Shown: positions 1 to 11,739 of the stretch, piece by piece
Layout of the letters: every line of letters begins with the position of its first letter
Numbering within the stretch: position 1 is the first letter of the stretch
From: Dendrobates tinctorius
Taxonomy: Eukaryota
Assembly: GCF_039654945.1 (NCBI RefSeq)
Contig: NW_027361806.1
Coordinates: forward strand, 4,340,001-4,404,000
DNA: 64,000 nucleotides
Direction: 5' to 3'
Translations under genes and position numbers: made by a program
Notes under the pieces: generated by a model
What the model was told of the DNA's origin: nothing
Seen by the model: only the letters and a program-made list of their open reading frames with translations
The model's database searches: none

Positions 1-290
1 TCCAGGCTCAGGATTTAAAGATGGCTGCAACAAACATAATGAGAAACTGATTAGTAAACTTGTTTCTGTACAATAAAGGACATTTATCACCTCCATGCCC
101 TTAATACACCTGATTTCAACTACACAGAAAAAGTCTTTTGATTAAGAAAAACCATCAGGTAGGTTACAACTAACCGGTGGGTTTTCTTTATTTACTGGAT
201 TAACCCCATAGTGGTCAGGGAGGCTCATCTGCAAAATTAGACAAAGTACTTTCTACATTGTATTTTAGGTTTTCAGATTAATCTACGTAC

Positions 291-580
291 AAAGTCTTCC
301 TCCTCGAACTGTGGCTTTTTCTTGTCCGCGTTCTTTTCCTCTCTGGTCTCGGACGGTTGCTTTTCCTGCAGGGAAGTGTTCTTACGGAGAGCACTGCCAT
401 TTCGGTGGCGATGGCCGGCGCTTCCTGCCCCGTTACTGCCACTACCTCCTCTCTGCACCGGGCCGTCCTGCTGTCCCCTTGATGCCCCATGCCACCCTGG
501 CTGTGATGATGGATTAGTCCCTTTCGAGACCCCAGAGTCCACCGAATCATGGCGTAGAAGGGATGGTTGGTGCCACGAAT
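291..580 (-). CDS. GPBP1L1: GPBP1L1 (vasculin-like) coding exon 3; gene continues beyond window start
   Basis: Acceptor cag (583-581), donor gtacgt after 291. Encodes (G)DSWHQPSLLRHDSVDSGVSKG...KPQFEEEDF, matching vertebrate GPBP1L1; phase is consistent with the previous exon. Confidence 0.93.
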
Positions 581-715
581 CTGAGAAAGAAGACGCAGGA
601 GTGAGAATTGTACTTGAGCTGCTGATGTGTTTGGTCTACAGAGAAAGGAAAACACTCTGGATGGACACGAGATCATCAGTCACTAAGAGCACAGCAAAAT
701 ATCAAAAATGAGTAA

Positions 716-1106
716 AGGCCAAGTTACACAAGATGTCCCAGCGATTCCACCAACGATCCGACATGGATGGGATGGCTGGGACATAGTTAGACAGCCCCTC
801 CAGCAATCAGAACCAGCAAGCAAGCTGGTTTCCAATGTAAACAGCGGGTATCTAAGAGCCGCACGGCTCTTAGATACCCGCTGTTTAGATTGGAGTCCAG
901 CGTCGCTGGTCTCTTGCTGCCACACGCAGCGATGCGTGCCGGGCCAGCGTGAGACCAACGATCAAAAACGGCCCAGGACGATCCAGCGTGATCAGCGATA
1001 CCCGGCAGGGGGGGGCCGGTCACTGATCCATGTCTCACAGCGAGATCGCTGTGCCGTCACAAAATCCGCGATCTCGCTGGCGATATCACTGTGTGTGACG
1101 GGGCCT
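716..1106. mobile_element. PIF/Harbinger-type MITE (agcgat/atcgct-rich family)
   Basis: aggcc...ggcct termini flanked by TAA; internal 24-bp perfect hairpin at 838-887. Confidence 0.7.
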
Positions 1107-1713
1107 TAACACTATTAACCCCAACAGACATATGTGTACACCCTACATCGGGGGTGTGGATGTATTGCGCCTGCTCCAGAGCTGAACTTATCATTCTCCG
1201 TATATAGCAATAAATGCCTCCAATGGCAGCAACAGAGGCCAGCTCCAAACTGTCGTGCCAGCCTGAGGCTTCCAAGAGTCACTGTTCATCTTTGTGGCTT
1301 GTTACTACAATATACAGCACAAGCTATCCAAATGATCACAGGTTCTAGCATTGTATGGGAAGAGGAAAAAAAAAAAAACATTTAAATTCCCAATAAAAAA
1401 AACCCAAAACAGGTTTGTCATTGCTGGGCCTGCAAATGACCGATTTATGGAAGTTTAAAATAAAACTGTATGGTAAACAAAGAAAAAAAAAAAAATAGCA
1501 AAATGATGTTTTCAAGTTATCCTGCATTTCCTCAAAAAAGATGGAATAAAATGCAATAAAACATTGTCATGTACCCAAATATGAACTATAACTTGCCACA
1601 CAATACCTTAAAATGACTCCATTGGCAAAGAGAATGATACAAGTCTCAGATAAAAAGGCGACCAGAACAATTTTTGTGTTTTTATGAGGGTGGTAAGTTT
1701 TGGTATCGTGTTA

Positions 1714-2486
1714 AGGCCCCGTCACACATAGCGATCTCACTAGCGAGATCGCTGCCGAGTCACAGTTTTTGTGACGCAACAGCGATCTCACCAGCGAGAT
1801 CGCTGTGTGTGACACTGACCAGCGACCGCCCCCCCTGCCGGTATCGCCGATCGCTGTAAGAAAGCCCTGGACATTTTTTTGGTCGCTGGTCTACCGCTGG
1901 CCAGCACGTATTGCTGCATGCACACATGTCCCTTAGAAACCTGATGTGTACCTTAGTTACCAGCTCCCTGCATCAGCGCGCTGGTAACTACACAGCGATT
2001 GCGTGCGATGGGCGTCGCTGGTGAAGCTGCCTGTTTAGCAGCTCACCAGCGATCATGACACGTTGATATCGTTGTCGGGATCGCTGGTGAGTCGCTATGT
2101 GTGACGGGGCCCTAAAGGCTCTTTTACATTTAGCGATGCACCAGCGATCCGACCCGGTCAGGATCGCTGGTGCATCGCTAAATGATCGCTAGTGAGCTTT
2201 CACACAGAAAGATCTCACAGCGATGCAGCAGCGACGCAGCGCACGATACTCACCTTTCACACACAGCGATCCTGCGTCCTCCCGCCCGCGTCCAGCGTCG
2301 CTCGTCTCACACAGCAGGAAGCAGACGACGAGAAATGGAGCTGTGCGATCAGCGATGGACAGCGGGGGAGCCGGTCGGAGGCAAGTATCACACATAGCGA
2401 TATCGCTAGCAATATCGCTATAACGTCACAAAATCAGTGACGTTTTAGCGATATCGCTAGTAATATCGCTATGTGTAAAACCCCCT
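1714..2486. mobile_element. Two abutting Harbinger-type MITEs (~1714-2112 and ~2116-2486)
   Basis: ggccccgtcacacatagcga...tcgctatgtgtgacggggcc TIRs; elements share a TAA junction. Confidence 0.7.
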
Positions 2487-3029
2487 TTAGTCAGCTGAAA
2501 AAAAAGTTTGATTACTCAGCAAGAGAAATAAAATAATCTTGCAATTATGAGACCTTTAATGAATGACAAGATTAAAATAAGTGATGGTACACAGAAGCCT
2601 TCCAGACTCCCGAGGTCTCTATCATGGGTCAGTCAGGTGTAACATAGTATGTGAAGAAACACAAATATAGGCACAGAGCAGAGATAGCAGAATAAATGAA
2701 CATTTGAGACAAAGACAAAACAAAAAAACAAAACAAAAGAATAAAACAAACTGAGCTCAGAGTGAATCTTTACTTAGCTTAGAAGGTGTGAAAGTTTTAT
2801 TGTTCCAATATCCATGTAATATCAAGAGACCTGATGTCCTCAGAGGAGTGAGACAGTCCCTAGAGACACAGAGGGTATCAGGTCTCTGATCTTATATGAT
2901 TACTGGGACAATAAAACTCACTTATCTATAAGCTAATTAAGGATAAGTGTGTTTCTTCAGATACTTTGTTATACTATGCCTGATAGAGATCCAAGTAGTC
3001 TGGAAAGCTGCTGTGTAAAGGGCCTGTCA

Positions 3030-3196
3030 TTTCAAGTATACCCGGCATAAGGAGTATTGGGGGAGGGGGGAGGGGGGATGGCTTTGATTGTATTACTACA
3101 AGATATGTGAATTGTTACATGTATATTGATATCCACTGTTTATTGTTTAAAATCTTTTGAAACCTAAATAAAAATAACTGGTTTAAAAAAAAAAAA
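3030..3196 (+). mobile_element. 5'-truncated L1-like 3' end with poly(A) tail
   Basis: G-rich tract, AATAAA, poly(A); 13-bp TSD aaagggcctgtca at 3017-3029 and 3197-3209. Confidence 0.7.
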
Positions 3197-3198
3197 AA

Positions 3199-4038
3199 AG
3201 GGCCTGTCACACTAAGCGATATCGCTAGCAATATCGCTATAACGTCACTGGTTTTTGTGACGTTATAGCGATATTGCTAGCGATATCGCTATGTCTGATG
3301 CTTGCCTCCGACCGCTCCCCCACTGGTTATCGCTGATCGCGCGAGAACGTCCTGGACCGTTTCTCGTCGTCAGCTTCCTGCTGTGGAGACGAGCGACGCG
3401 TGGACGCGGGTGGGCGGGCGTCAGGATCGCATCGTCTGACAGGTAAGTAGCGACCCCCGACATGTCGCTGGTAAGATCTGCCTGTGTGGCAGCTCACTAG
3501 CGACCACTTAGCGATGCACCAGCGATCCTGAACGCGTCATATCGCTGGTCGGGATCGCTGGTGCATCGCTAAGTGTGACAGTACCTTAAGGGTCCCGTCA
3601 CACATAGCGACGCTCCAGCGATCCTGACCTGGTAAGGATCGCTGTTGCGTCGCTATATGGTCGCTAGTAAGATGTCAAACAGGCAGATCTACTCAACGAC
3701 AGAGCAACGATCCGGCAATCCGTATAACGACGTCGGCGGTCGTTAGTACCTTGTCACAAAGCAGCTATTCTGACGACTCACGCCTGCGTCCCTGAGTCGC
3801 CAACGAGGTCACTCGTAGGCGTCAAACACAGCGATGCATGCTGGACAGCGAGACGCCGATGATGAAAAAATGGCCCAGGACATTCAAGCACGATCAGCGA
3901 TATCCAGCAAGGGGGGAAGGGGGGGGGGGGGGCAGTCGCTGCTGCGTGTCACATGTAGCGAGATAGCTGGCACGGTCACTGTTGTTGCGTCACAAAATCG
4001 GTGACGCTTCAGCGATCTCGCTATGTGAGACGGGGACT
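3199..4038. mobile_element. Two abutting Harbinger-type MITEs (~3199-3586 and ~3590-4038)
   Basis: TIRs ctgtcacact(a)agcgat / atcgctaagtgtgacag and gtcccgtcacacatagcga; TAA junction at 3587-3589. Confidence 0.7.
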
Positions 4039-5497
4039 TTGGGCTGTGTTCACACGTCCAGCAGTCAGATCGGATCCAGCAGCAACTGGATAACTGATCT
4101 CTCCTGGATCCATTTTTTCTTTAACAATGAAGTCTATGGAAAACAGTCGGCCATCTTTCTTCTTTCATTTCTAACGGTTCCGTTTATTTTGCCTACTGGA
4201 TCCAATTAGAAAAAAAATCGGTTACAAATAAAAGAAAAACAAATGCCCGATTAATCCACAGATTTCAATGTTAAAAGTGGATCTATTAGAAATCAGTCAT
4301 TTAAAAAACAGGACTAAAGAGAAATAGTAAAAAAAAAAAAAAAAAATGCCCATAATCATACTAACTTAAAAAAAAAAATAAATCTTATTTCCAGGTCATC
4401 TTTAATGCACTTTGTGCTTCGTAAAAGCAAAATCCAACAAACGAGAAATAACACTTTTTTTCCCCACCATTTTATCTCACTTGCAATTAGTCAGTAGATT
4501 ATTGGCAAGACCGAATGCTGCCATTCAAAACTAAAAATCGTCCCACCAAAAACAAATCCTACTAGAAAGCTGCATTACTTATTTTTTCAGGAATCAAGCT
4601 TTAGTTATTCACCCCTTTTATCACCTACATTGTGATTGCGGGTGCTGCTATTTTATCATTACAAGGTGCCTAACAATTATCCTGTGGTCTGCCATGTCAG
4701 TGCTCCTAATAGGCAGCGTGTCATGGGATGCCCATTTACAGTACTGACAGGTATGGTACCAATACAGAAGTAGTGCAGAGTATCATAAGAACCACCAAGC
4801 TCTTACATTGACAAATCCAATAGGGGCCTAAAATAATAAGGAACAAAAAAAAAAAAAGAAAAAAAAAAAAGTTAAACAAAAACAATGGCCCCTATTCACA
4901 AAGGCTGTCGTTTTCTACAGCAGTCTTACTAAATTTGGCATGTCTTCTGCCAGGAATATTTTTTTTCAAGACGTGTGCCCAACTTTTCAATTAATCTTCC
5001 AACTGTCCTGAGCCCCTGCCACAGCTGGCGTAGATTTGTCCTACCCTACACCACTTATATGCCATTTGGCCAGGCTCCATCCAATCTCCACTGACAAAAA
5101 TTGTTAAAGCTGAACGGAACTAGAAATGTCAAATGTTGCTGAATTTTTGTACAATTGTGTTACGTCAAAAAAATTGCGACATTTCAGGCAGTTTTCAGAA
5201 TTCTGGTGAAAAACTGCTTGATGAATCAGGATCAACGGCTTAATTCCCCCCTCCCCAAAAAAAACCCAAAAGCTATTCATCATACAGAAAGACATAACTA
5301 CATAAATTTGGTACTGCTGTAGTCGTACTGACCTATAGGATACAGTTTTGTAATCATTTACATTACAGGTCACTAAAATATTAAAGACACGTAGAGGGCC
5401 TAAAGAACAGAATTGGGAGATTTCTTAAGGGGTTAAATCTCATGACACATGCTAGCATGCACTGGAGGATGTGAAGCACTACAAGCCTCAGGCTTAC

Positions 5498-5627
5498 CTC
5501 CTGTGGTGCGTAGGGGACCATTGTTGAAGAATCCATCAGAAGAATTGTGTCTTCTGCGACTCACTCCCAAACGGCCCTCACCCCTGGGAAGGTGTTCTCC
5601 ATGTTTTTCGACAATGCCTGCAGAGGA
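5498..5627 (-). CDS. GPBP1L1: GPBP1L1 coding exon 2 (130 nt)
   Basis: ttgctcag acceptor, gtaagc donor; SSAGIVEKHGEHLPRGEGRLGVSRRRHNSSDGFFNNGPLRTTG. Confidence 0.95.
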
Positions 5628-5816
5628 CTGAGCAACAGAGGAGACCAGCTGAAACCAATGATCAGTTAATGCAGGTAATTTATAGGTCAATACAGACAGA
5701 ATAGGAACGTCAGACTCCAGAGAACAGTAGCTGCTCTCACTTCTTAACCCTTTCCATAATGCAAAAATAGATTTACTTTGGTCTTGTGTTCTTCTTTGGC
5801 AGGAATGGTACAAAAA

Positions 5817-6047
5817 GGGCAGCATGGTGGCTCAGTGGTTAACACTGCAGCCTTGCAGCGCTGGAGTCCTGGGTTCGAATTCCACCAAGGACAACATCTG
5901 CAAGGAGATGGAATGTTCTCCCTGTGTTTGCGTGGGTTTCCTCCCACATTCCAAAGATTGTGAACCCCATCGGGGACAGTGATGATAATGTGTGCAAACT
6001 GTAAAGCGCTGCGGAATATGTTAGCGCTATATAAAAATAAAGATTAT
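5817..6047 (+). mobile_element. tRNA-derived SINE (V-SINE-like) with LINE-derived 3' tail
   Basis: A box TGGCTCAGTGG (5828-5838), B box GGTTCGAATTCC (5872-5883), central ttctccctgtgtttgcgtgggtttcctcc, tail gtaaagcgctgcggaatatgttagcgctatataaaaataaa. Confidence 0.8.
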
Positions 6048-6450
6048 AAAAAAAGGACTTCTGCTCTTTGCATCATATCCAGAACTATTGGCACTAAACG
6101 TATTGCTGTGGCAAATACGAGTGAAAGGATCTGTCAGCACAAAGTATCTACAACTAGCTCCTCAGTCACGGCTATGGAGCACCGAACCCCTCAGCCACGG
6201 CTAGGAAGCGCCGAGCTCCTGCGCTTAGTTTGAACATCCATTTTGCACTGCGCTTTAGTCACTGAAATACATGAACTCTTCCCCACGTGCCCTGAAAAGT
6301 TTAATTCACCCATCGTCTCTATTGATTTGCTTATCTCTATTGGAAATTATTTTCTTTAATTGCTTTGCAGCCTCCATGTTTATGGATGCTTTAAATTCAA
6401 TACAATGAAAGGTGCTCAAGGGGGAAGCACGAAAAATAACAGGAGCTTAC

Positions 6451-6510
6451 CTTGGTGGACTGAGGTGTGGAGAAGCTAAGCCAAGCAGGAACAAAGTCAT
6501 GCTGCGCCAT
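6451..6510 (-). CDS. GPBP1L1: GPBP1L1 first coding exon (ATG at 6510; exon begins ~6570)
   Basis: MAQHDFVPAWLSFSTPQSTK followed by gtaagc donor; polypyrimidine tract and cagcag acceptor at 6576-6571. Confidence 0.95.
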
Positions 6511-6675
6511 TTAGGTTGTAGATCTTCTAGCACTGAATTGAGGCATTAATCCTCATGGCCAAGGCAGGGTCTGCTGAAAGGAAAAGGCAACACTACCTTC
6601 AGCACCCCAGTCATACAGAAAACAGAGTGAGCGCTACAACAGTGCAGCAAACTAAGATCCCAAGATCTCAGATGC

Positions 6676-7120
6676 AGCGTTACATCCTGTATGACACTCC
6701 AGAGCAGCACTCACTATTCTGCTGGTACAGTCACTGTGTACATACATTATATTACTGATCCTGAGTTACATCCTGCATTATATTCCAGAGCTGCACTCAC
6801 TATTCTGCTGGTGCAGTCACTGTGTACATACATTACTGATCCTAAGTTACATTCTGTATTATCCTCCAGAGCTGCACTCACTATTCTGCTGGTGCAGTCA
6901 CTGTGTACATACATTACTGATCCTGAGTTACATCCTGTATTATATTCCAGAGCTGCACTCACTATTCTGTTGGTGCAGTTACTGTGTACATACATTACTG
7001 ATCCTGAATTACACTCCAGAGCTGCACTCACTATTCAGCTGGTGCAGTCACTGTGTACATACATTACTGATCCAGCGTTACATCCTGCATTTTACCCCAG
7101 AGCTGCACTCATTATTCTGC
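6676..7120 (+). repeat. 81-bp minisatellite (~5.5 copies); same family recurs on the - strand at 43178-44140 and degenerately at 63680-63900
   Basis: Unit ccagagctgcactcactattctgctggtgcagtcactgtgtacatacattactgatcctgagttacatcctgtattatatt. Confidence 0.9.
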
Positions 7121-7536
7121 TAAAGAATTTGCAAACTTCTGTAACCATTTAACTGCATGGAGAAAACTTACCCCTTAGTATGTGCACGCAGGGCAGCACC
7201 TTCCAGTATTGTAGGCCAGCTGAGATGTTTGATATCGTTCACTTATTATAGGGTGATAGAGGGTAAGGGCAGCCCCTCGTACTGACTGGCAGGGAACAGC
7301 CCCACTTCTACATGCCAGCTTGCCCTTTATTGTGAACTTGGCACGTTTTCAAGTGCTCATTTTGATTGTTTTAATCAAAACTTAGAATAAAAAAAAAAAG
7401 TTACAAAAAAAAAAAATTAAATCCTGTAAATGCAAGAGGTCACATGGGGCAAGAACCTAATCACTAATCAGTATGGAAAAAAAAATAAAAAAAGGAAAAA
7501 AAAAAAAAAAAAAAATACCACAAATTCTACGTTCAC

Positions 7537-8000
7537 CTCATGAAACAGACATGAGGGTAAGTAAATAGTCAATACGGATATGCGTCATACAATAATATCC
7601 ATCCGGGTCTTTTCCAGATGTTGGGTCAGGACCGTAGAGAGGACGCTGCTGGAGATGTCCACACTTGTGCCGATTCTCTACACTGGAGTGATGCCTTCAT
7701 TAAATTCAAGGATGAAAAATTCAAGTGGTAAAGCAAATAAAAATGTGGAAAAAACAAGAAAGGACTTTTATTTCAGGAGGCAAATCTAAACCGGTGACTA
7801 TAATGTGACCATTATAGCAGATGACTAAGGATTCGATTCATAAGAAAATTCTTCAAAAAAAACCTCCAAAATCCAGTCATATCACTGACAAACACTGGCA
7901 AGTGGAGGATCAAGTATGGAGGACAGCGATGGGGCAGACTCGTGTAGCGTGCCGTCAGGGAGGAAAGGAAGCCTTCTTTATGTCAAACTTATTGTGGTCC
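7537..8000 (-). other. GPBP1L1: Probable GPBP1L1 5'UTR exon (464 nt) containing several uORFs
   Basis: Poly-T tract plus ccctcgcag acceptor before 8000 and gag|gtgaac donor after 7537; non-repetitive sequence. Confidence 0.65.
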
Positions 8001-8156
8001 CTGCGAGGGAAAAAAAAAAAAAAAACAAGAACATTAAAACACACTTGATTACCATGTTAAAAAAAAAAAAAAAAATTATATATATTATAAAAATTACAAT
8101 ATATCTATAAACACATATACACACATTTGAGCAATTATTTTGACAGTTAGCACTCA

Positions 8157-8503
8157 GGCTATGTGCACACGCTGCGGATTCACCCGCGGATTTGTATCTG
8201 CGGATCCACAGGTAAAACTGCAGGTAAAATGACCCGCGGCTTTACCTGCAGATTGGCCAGCGGTTTGCCCCTGCGGTTTGCCCCCTTGGCAATGGAATAG
8301 GTGGCAAACCGCAGCGGAATCCGCAGAAAGAATTGACATGTCAATTCTTTCTGCGGATTCAAAACCGCAGCTTTTCCGCAGCAGAAAAACCACAGCATGT
8401 GCACAGCAGAATGTAAGTCACATAGACTTACATTGTACTGTACACTGTCTGCAGAACTGCTGCGGATCCGCAGAGGCCAAATTCGCAGCGTGTGCACATA
8501 GCC
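8157..8503. mobile_element. Harbinger-type MITE (ggctatgtgcacac family; ccgca/tgcgg-rich)
   Basis: TIR ggctatgtgcacacgctgcg / cgcagcgtgtgcacatagcc; relatives at 21640-22020, 30957-31338, 46110-46462, 59892-60160. Confidence 0.75.
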
Positions 8504-10621
8504 TTACTGCATGCTGGAACGTATAGTGTCACCACAGCAACTGACAAGTAGTGGGTGTATTATGACTTCCAAATTGTATGGAGCTGGACGTGGCTCTCAT
8601 GGGGGGCGCATACTGGACCTCAGTAGGGCCGTGTGTTTCGGCATACTAAATACGATTCTATTAAGTGAGAAAAGCGCTGCACACGACATGTAAGGACTCT
8701 GTCCCGCTTTGTGCATGGAGCCGTAGACTGTCCCAATAGATGAGCAGTCTCCGGAGAGCCCAGCCTGCGGTTTTTACGGGCATGTTAACATAATGCTACG
8801 GCAGGAAGTTTCGCCACCAAAACATTGAGCAATAAAGTTGCAAGAGTTTTTCTTGAGCGGCTGGGACATGTGGCCAGGACCAAGCTGCAGCCACGTGACT
8901 GATAGTTGTGGTCACCGTCTGGGTTATTATTCACCGGGGCAGGGAGACACCTAAACACCAAGCTCATTATACAACACAGGTGACTATTACATCACTTGGC
9001 AGGTAAGAACATGACCGACGAGTACAACATGCAGCCAAGACAACGGCGCTCGCGGCTTACACGCAACGACAGCTCCGAGCGCTGCTCATCTAGTCCAATG
9101 CCAGAGACACATTGCATCTATGACTGACGTGTCTGGTGTAATCTATAACCCTGCACACGGAGCTCTTCTGCTGCAGAGCCTTGTCTGTCGTCTCGCATGG
9201 TGGGAGACTGAACTTGGAGCAGAGCAATGCAGATTTTCAGCAGTTTGGTAGTGAGCGCAGCTCTGGATGTGACTGGCCAACTTAATGCAGGAATCAAACA
9301 TTTCACAAAGTTACCAGTTGATTAATAAAGAGGAGGGGGGCGGCATTATAATGCTGGAGTCAGATTATTTAACCCCAGCCCTGTGTTCTTCTGGGGAACT
9401 TCCACCAAAATACAATATTGGTGGCAATCTCCACCAGTCGTGCCCCGCTGGCCTGAAGCAAATTGATTTATTACCACTGCGAAAAATCCAGCTACTGATC
9501 GGAGAGCTGACACTTTTTCTTTTGCATAGAGAAACTGGAAACTTTAAATGTAGTTTATATTTGTAGATTACATCATAACCAGTGTCCTGTGAGCAGGAAG
9601 GGTTTGTAAACCTGGGAAAATAACTAAGCTTTCTGTAACGGACAGCAAGCATAGATTGCTCGGAATGAGACACGTGTATTCTAGAAAAGTAATCTTTTCT
9701 TCATACTCCAATAACATGTATTTCCAGAAGAATGGATCAGCTCCTCAATACCCCCATTAATCTCTCTGAGGTCTTAAAAAAAAATCTGATAAAAGAAGCT
9801 AGTAAGCGTACCTATTAGGCTATGTTCACACACTGCATTTTTTTCTGCAGCCAAAATTCAAGTTTTGCTGGGTTTTTCAGGATCCTAAAGTTCGGAGTTT
9901 GCTGCCACTTTGCAAGCATACTATACACAGTATTAGGCGGCAACCAATGCAAGACGTATGTGAAAAGATTTTTTTTAAAACAAAAAAAAAAGGCAATTCG
10001 ATCAAATTATTTAGGGGAAAAAATTTTTTTATGTATATTATGTAGAGCCTTGTTTACTTATAATGTCATTAATCAGTAATACAAGTAAGACTATGCTTGG
10101 AGTGGAGAAACAAGGATTGTTTTAAAAAGAAAAAAAAAAAAAGGTTTTTGTTTAATGTATGAAAATCCAACATATGAAGAGCAGCCAAGAACTATTGTTC
10201 TACAAGGGAAAAAATACGCATTTGCAAATACAGGGGTGAAGTTAATTGTTCAGGCAGTGTTTACTTCATGCATCACTAATTTGATTAGTCTTGTAATGAG
10301 GAGAAACTAAAAGATTGCTGCATAAAACAAAGCTAAGTGCAAATTACAATACAATAAAAAAAATAGTTGCAAGGACACCAAGGCATTATGGTTTATACTT
10401 AGGGAAATAAAAAAAACTGCAAAATTACCATAAATTAATAACAGACCTCCGCAAAAAAAACCCAAAAACAAACAAAACACCATCTCTGTCCAGGTTTCAC
10501 ATCCTGCTATTTCTGCTTTTTTTTCCTCAGCAAAAACTGAGGTTTTTTTTGTACTTTTTTGCTTTCTATGGGTAAAAAAAAAAAAAAAAAAAAAAAAAGT
10601 TAAAAGAACTGACAGCATGAA

Positions 10622-10653
<32 letters not shown>

Positions 10654-10814
10654 CAATTCCGATTCAGTCAGGAATAAGAACAAAAAAAAACAAAAAAAAA
10701 AAAAAGTGTGCATGAGAGTTCTGAAACTCCACAGTTTTTGCTGCAAATGTAAAAAGCAGCTTTTAATCACTATAAGACTATGTTCACATGTTGCTTTTTT
10801 TCAGCTGTGTTTAA

Positions 10815-11739
10815 GGCTGGGTTCACACGTAGCGGAACTCTCGCGGAAATTACAGCGAGAATTCCATTCCGCGGGAAAATCGCATTTTAAATTCCCGCGA
10901 TTTTCCCGCGGAAAAACTAGCATTTTGCAAGCGTAATTAGCTTGCAGAATTGCTAGTGTTTTCCAAGCGATCTGTAGCATCGCTTGGAGAACTGATTGAC
11001 AGGTTGGTCACACTCGTCAAACATAGTGTTTGACTAGTGTGACCAACTTTTTACTATTGAGGCTGCCTATGCGGCCTCAATATTAAAAGATAGAATGTAA
11101 ATAATAATAATAAAAAAAAAAAAAAATAATATTGTTATTCTCACCTTGCAACGTCCCGCCTCTCTCCACGCTCCCGGTCCTAGTAATCGTTTGCGACAAT
11201 TACCGCGATGACATCTGTGCTCATGGGATCGCGACGTCTCGCGGTCATTCGCGATGACGTCGCGCGAATGACCGCGAGACTTCGCGATCCCGCGAGAACG
11301 GATGTCATCGCTCGCAAAGGCTTACTGGGACCGGGAGCGTGGAGAGAGGCGGGAAGGCTGCGCGGGACGTCGGAAGGTGAGAATAACAATATTTTTTATT
11401 TTAAATTCTAATTTTTACAGGGATATGGTGCCCCGAGGACAGTCTCCTCTCCGCCGGATCGTAGGTACCATCCGCGAATGTTCTGCTTACTTTTCACATG
11501 GTCTGCACAGCCACATGCGGAAAGTAAGCAGAACAATGTATTCCTATGGGTGCGCGATCGCCGCGATTCCTCAAAATTAATGAGCATGCTGTGTTTTTTA
11601 CCGCGAAGCAATTCCGCCGCGGTAAAAACTGCAGCATTAGCACAGCATTGAGGAATCCCATAGGAATGCATGGGATGCTTATTTTTCTCGGTTAAAACCG
11701 CCGCAGAAACGCAAAAAAAAGCCACGTGTGAACTCAGCC
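10815..11739. mobile_element. Harbinger-type MITE with internal CpG-rich palindrome, nested in another MITE
   Basis: TIR ggctgggttcacacgt / acgtgtgaactcagcc, TAA/TTA flanks; relative at 32163-32857. Confidence 0.75.

Noticed and set aside
5817-5890. tRNA gene
   Set aside because: A and B boxes are present but the sequence continues into a SINE body and tail, with no proper acceptor stem or oligo-T terminator
6691-7152. 153-aa ORF with 27-aa repeats (also 43143-43777)
   Set aside because: Translation of the 81-bp minisatellite
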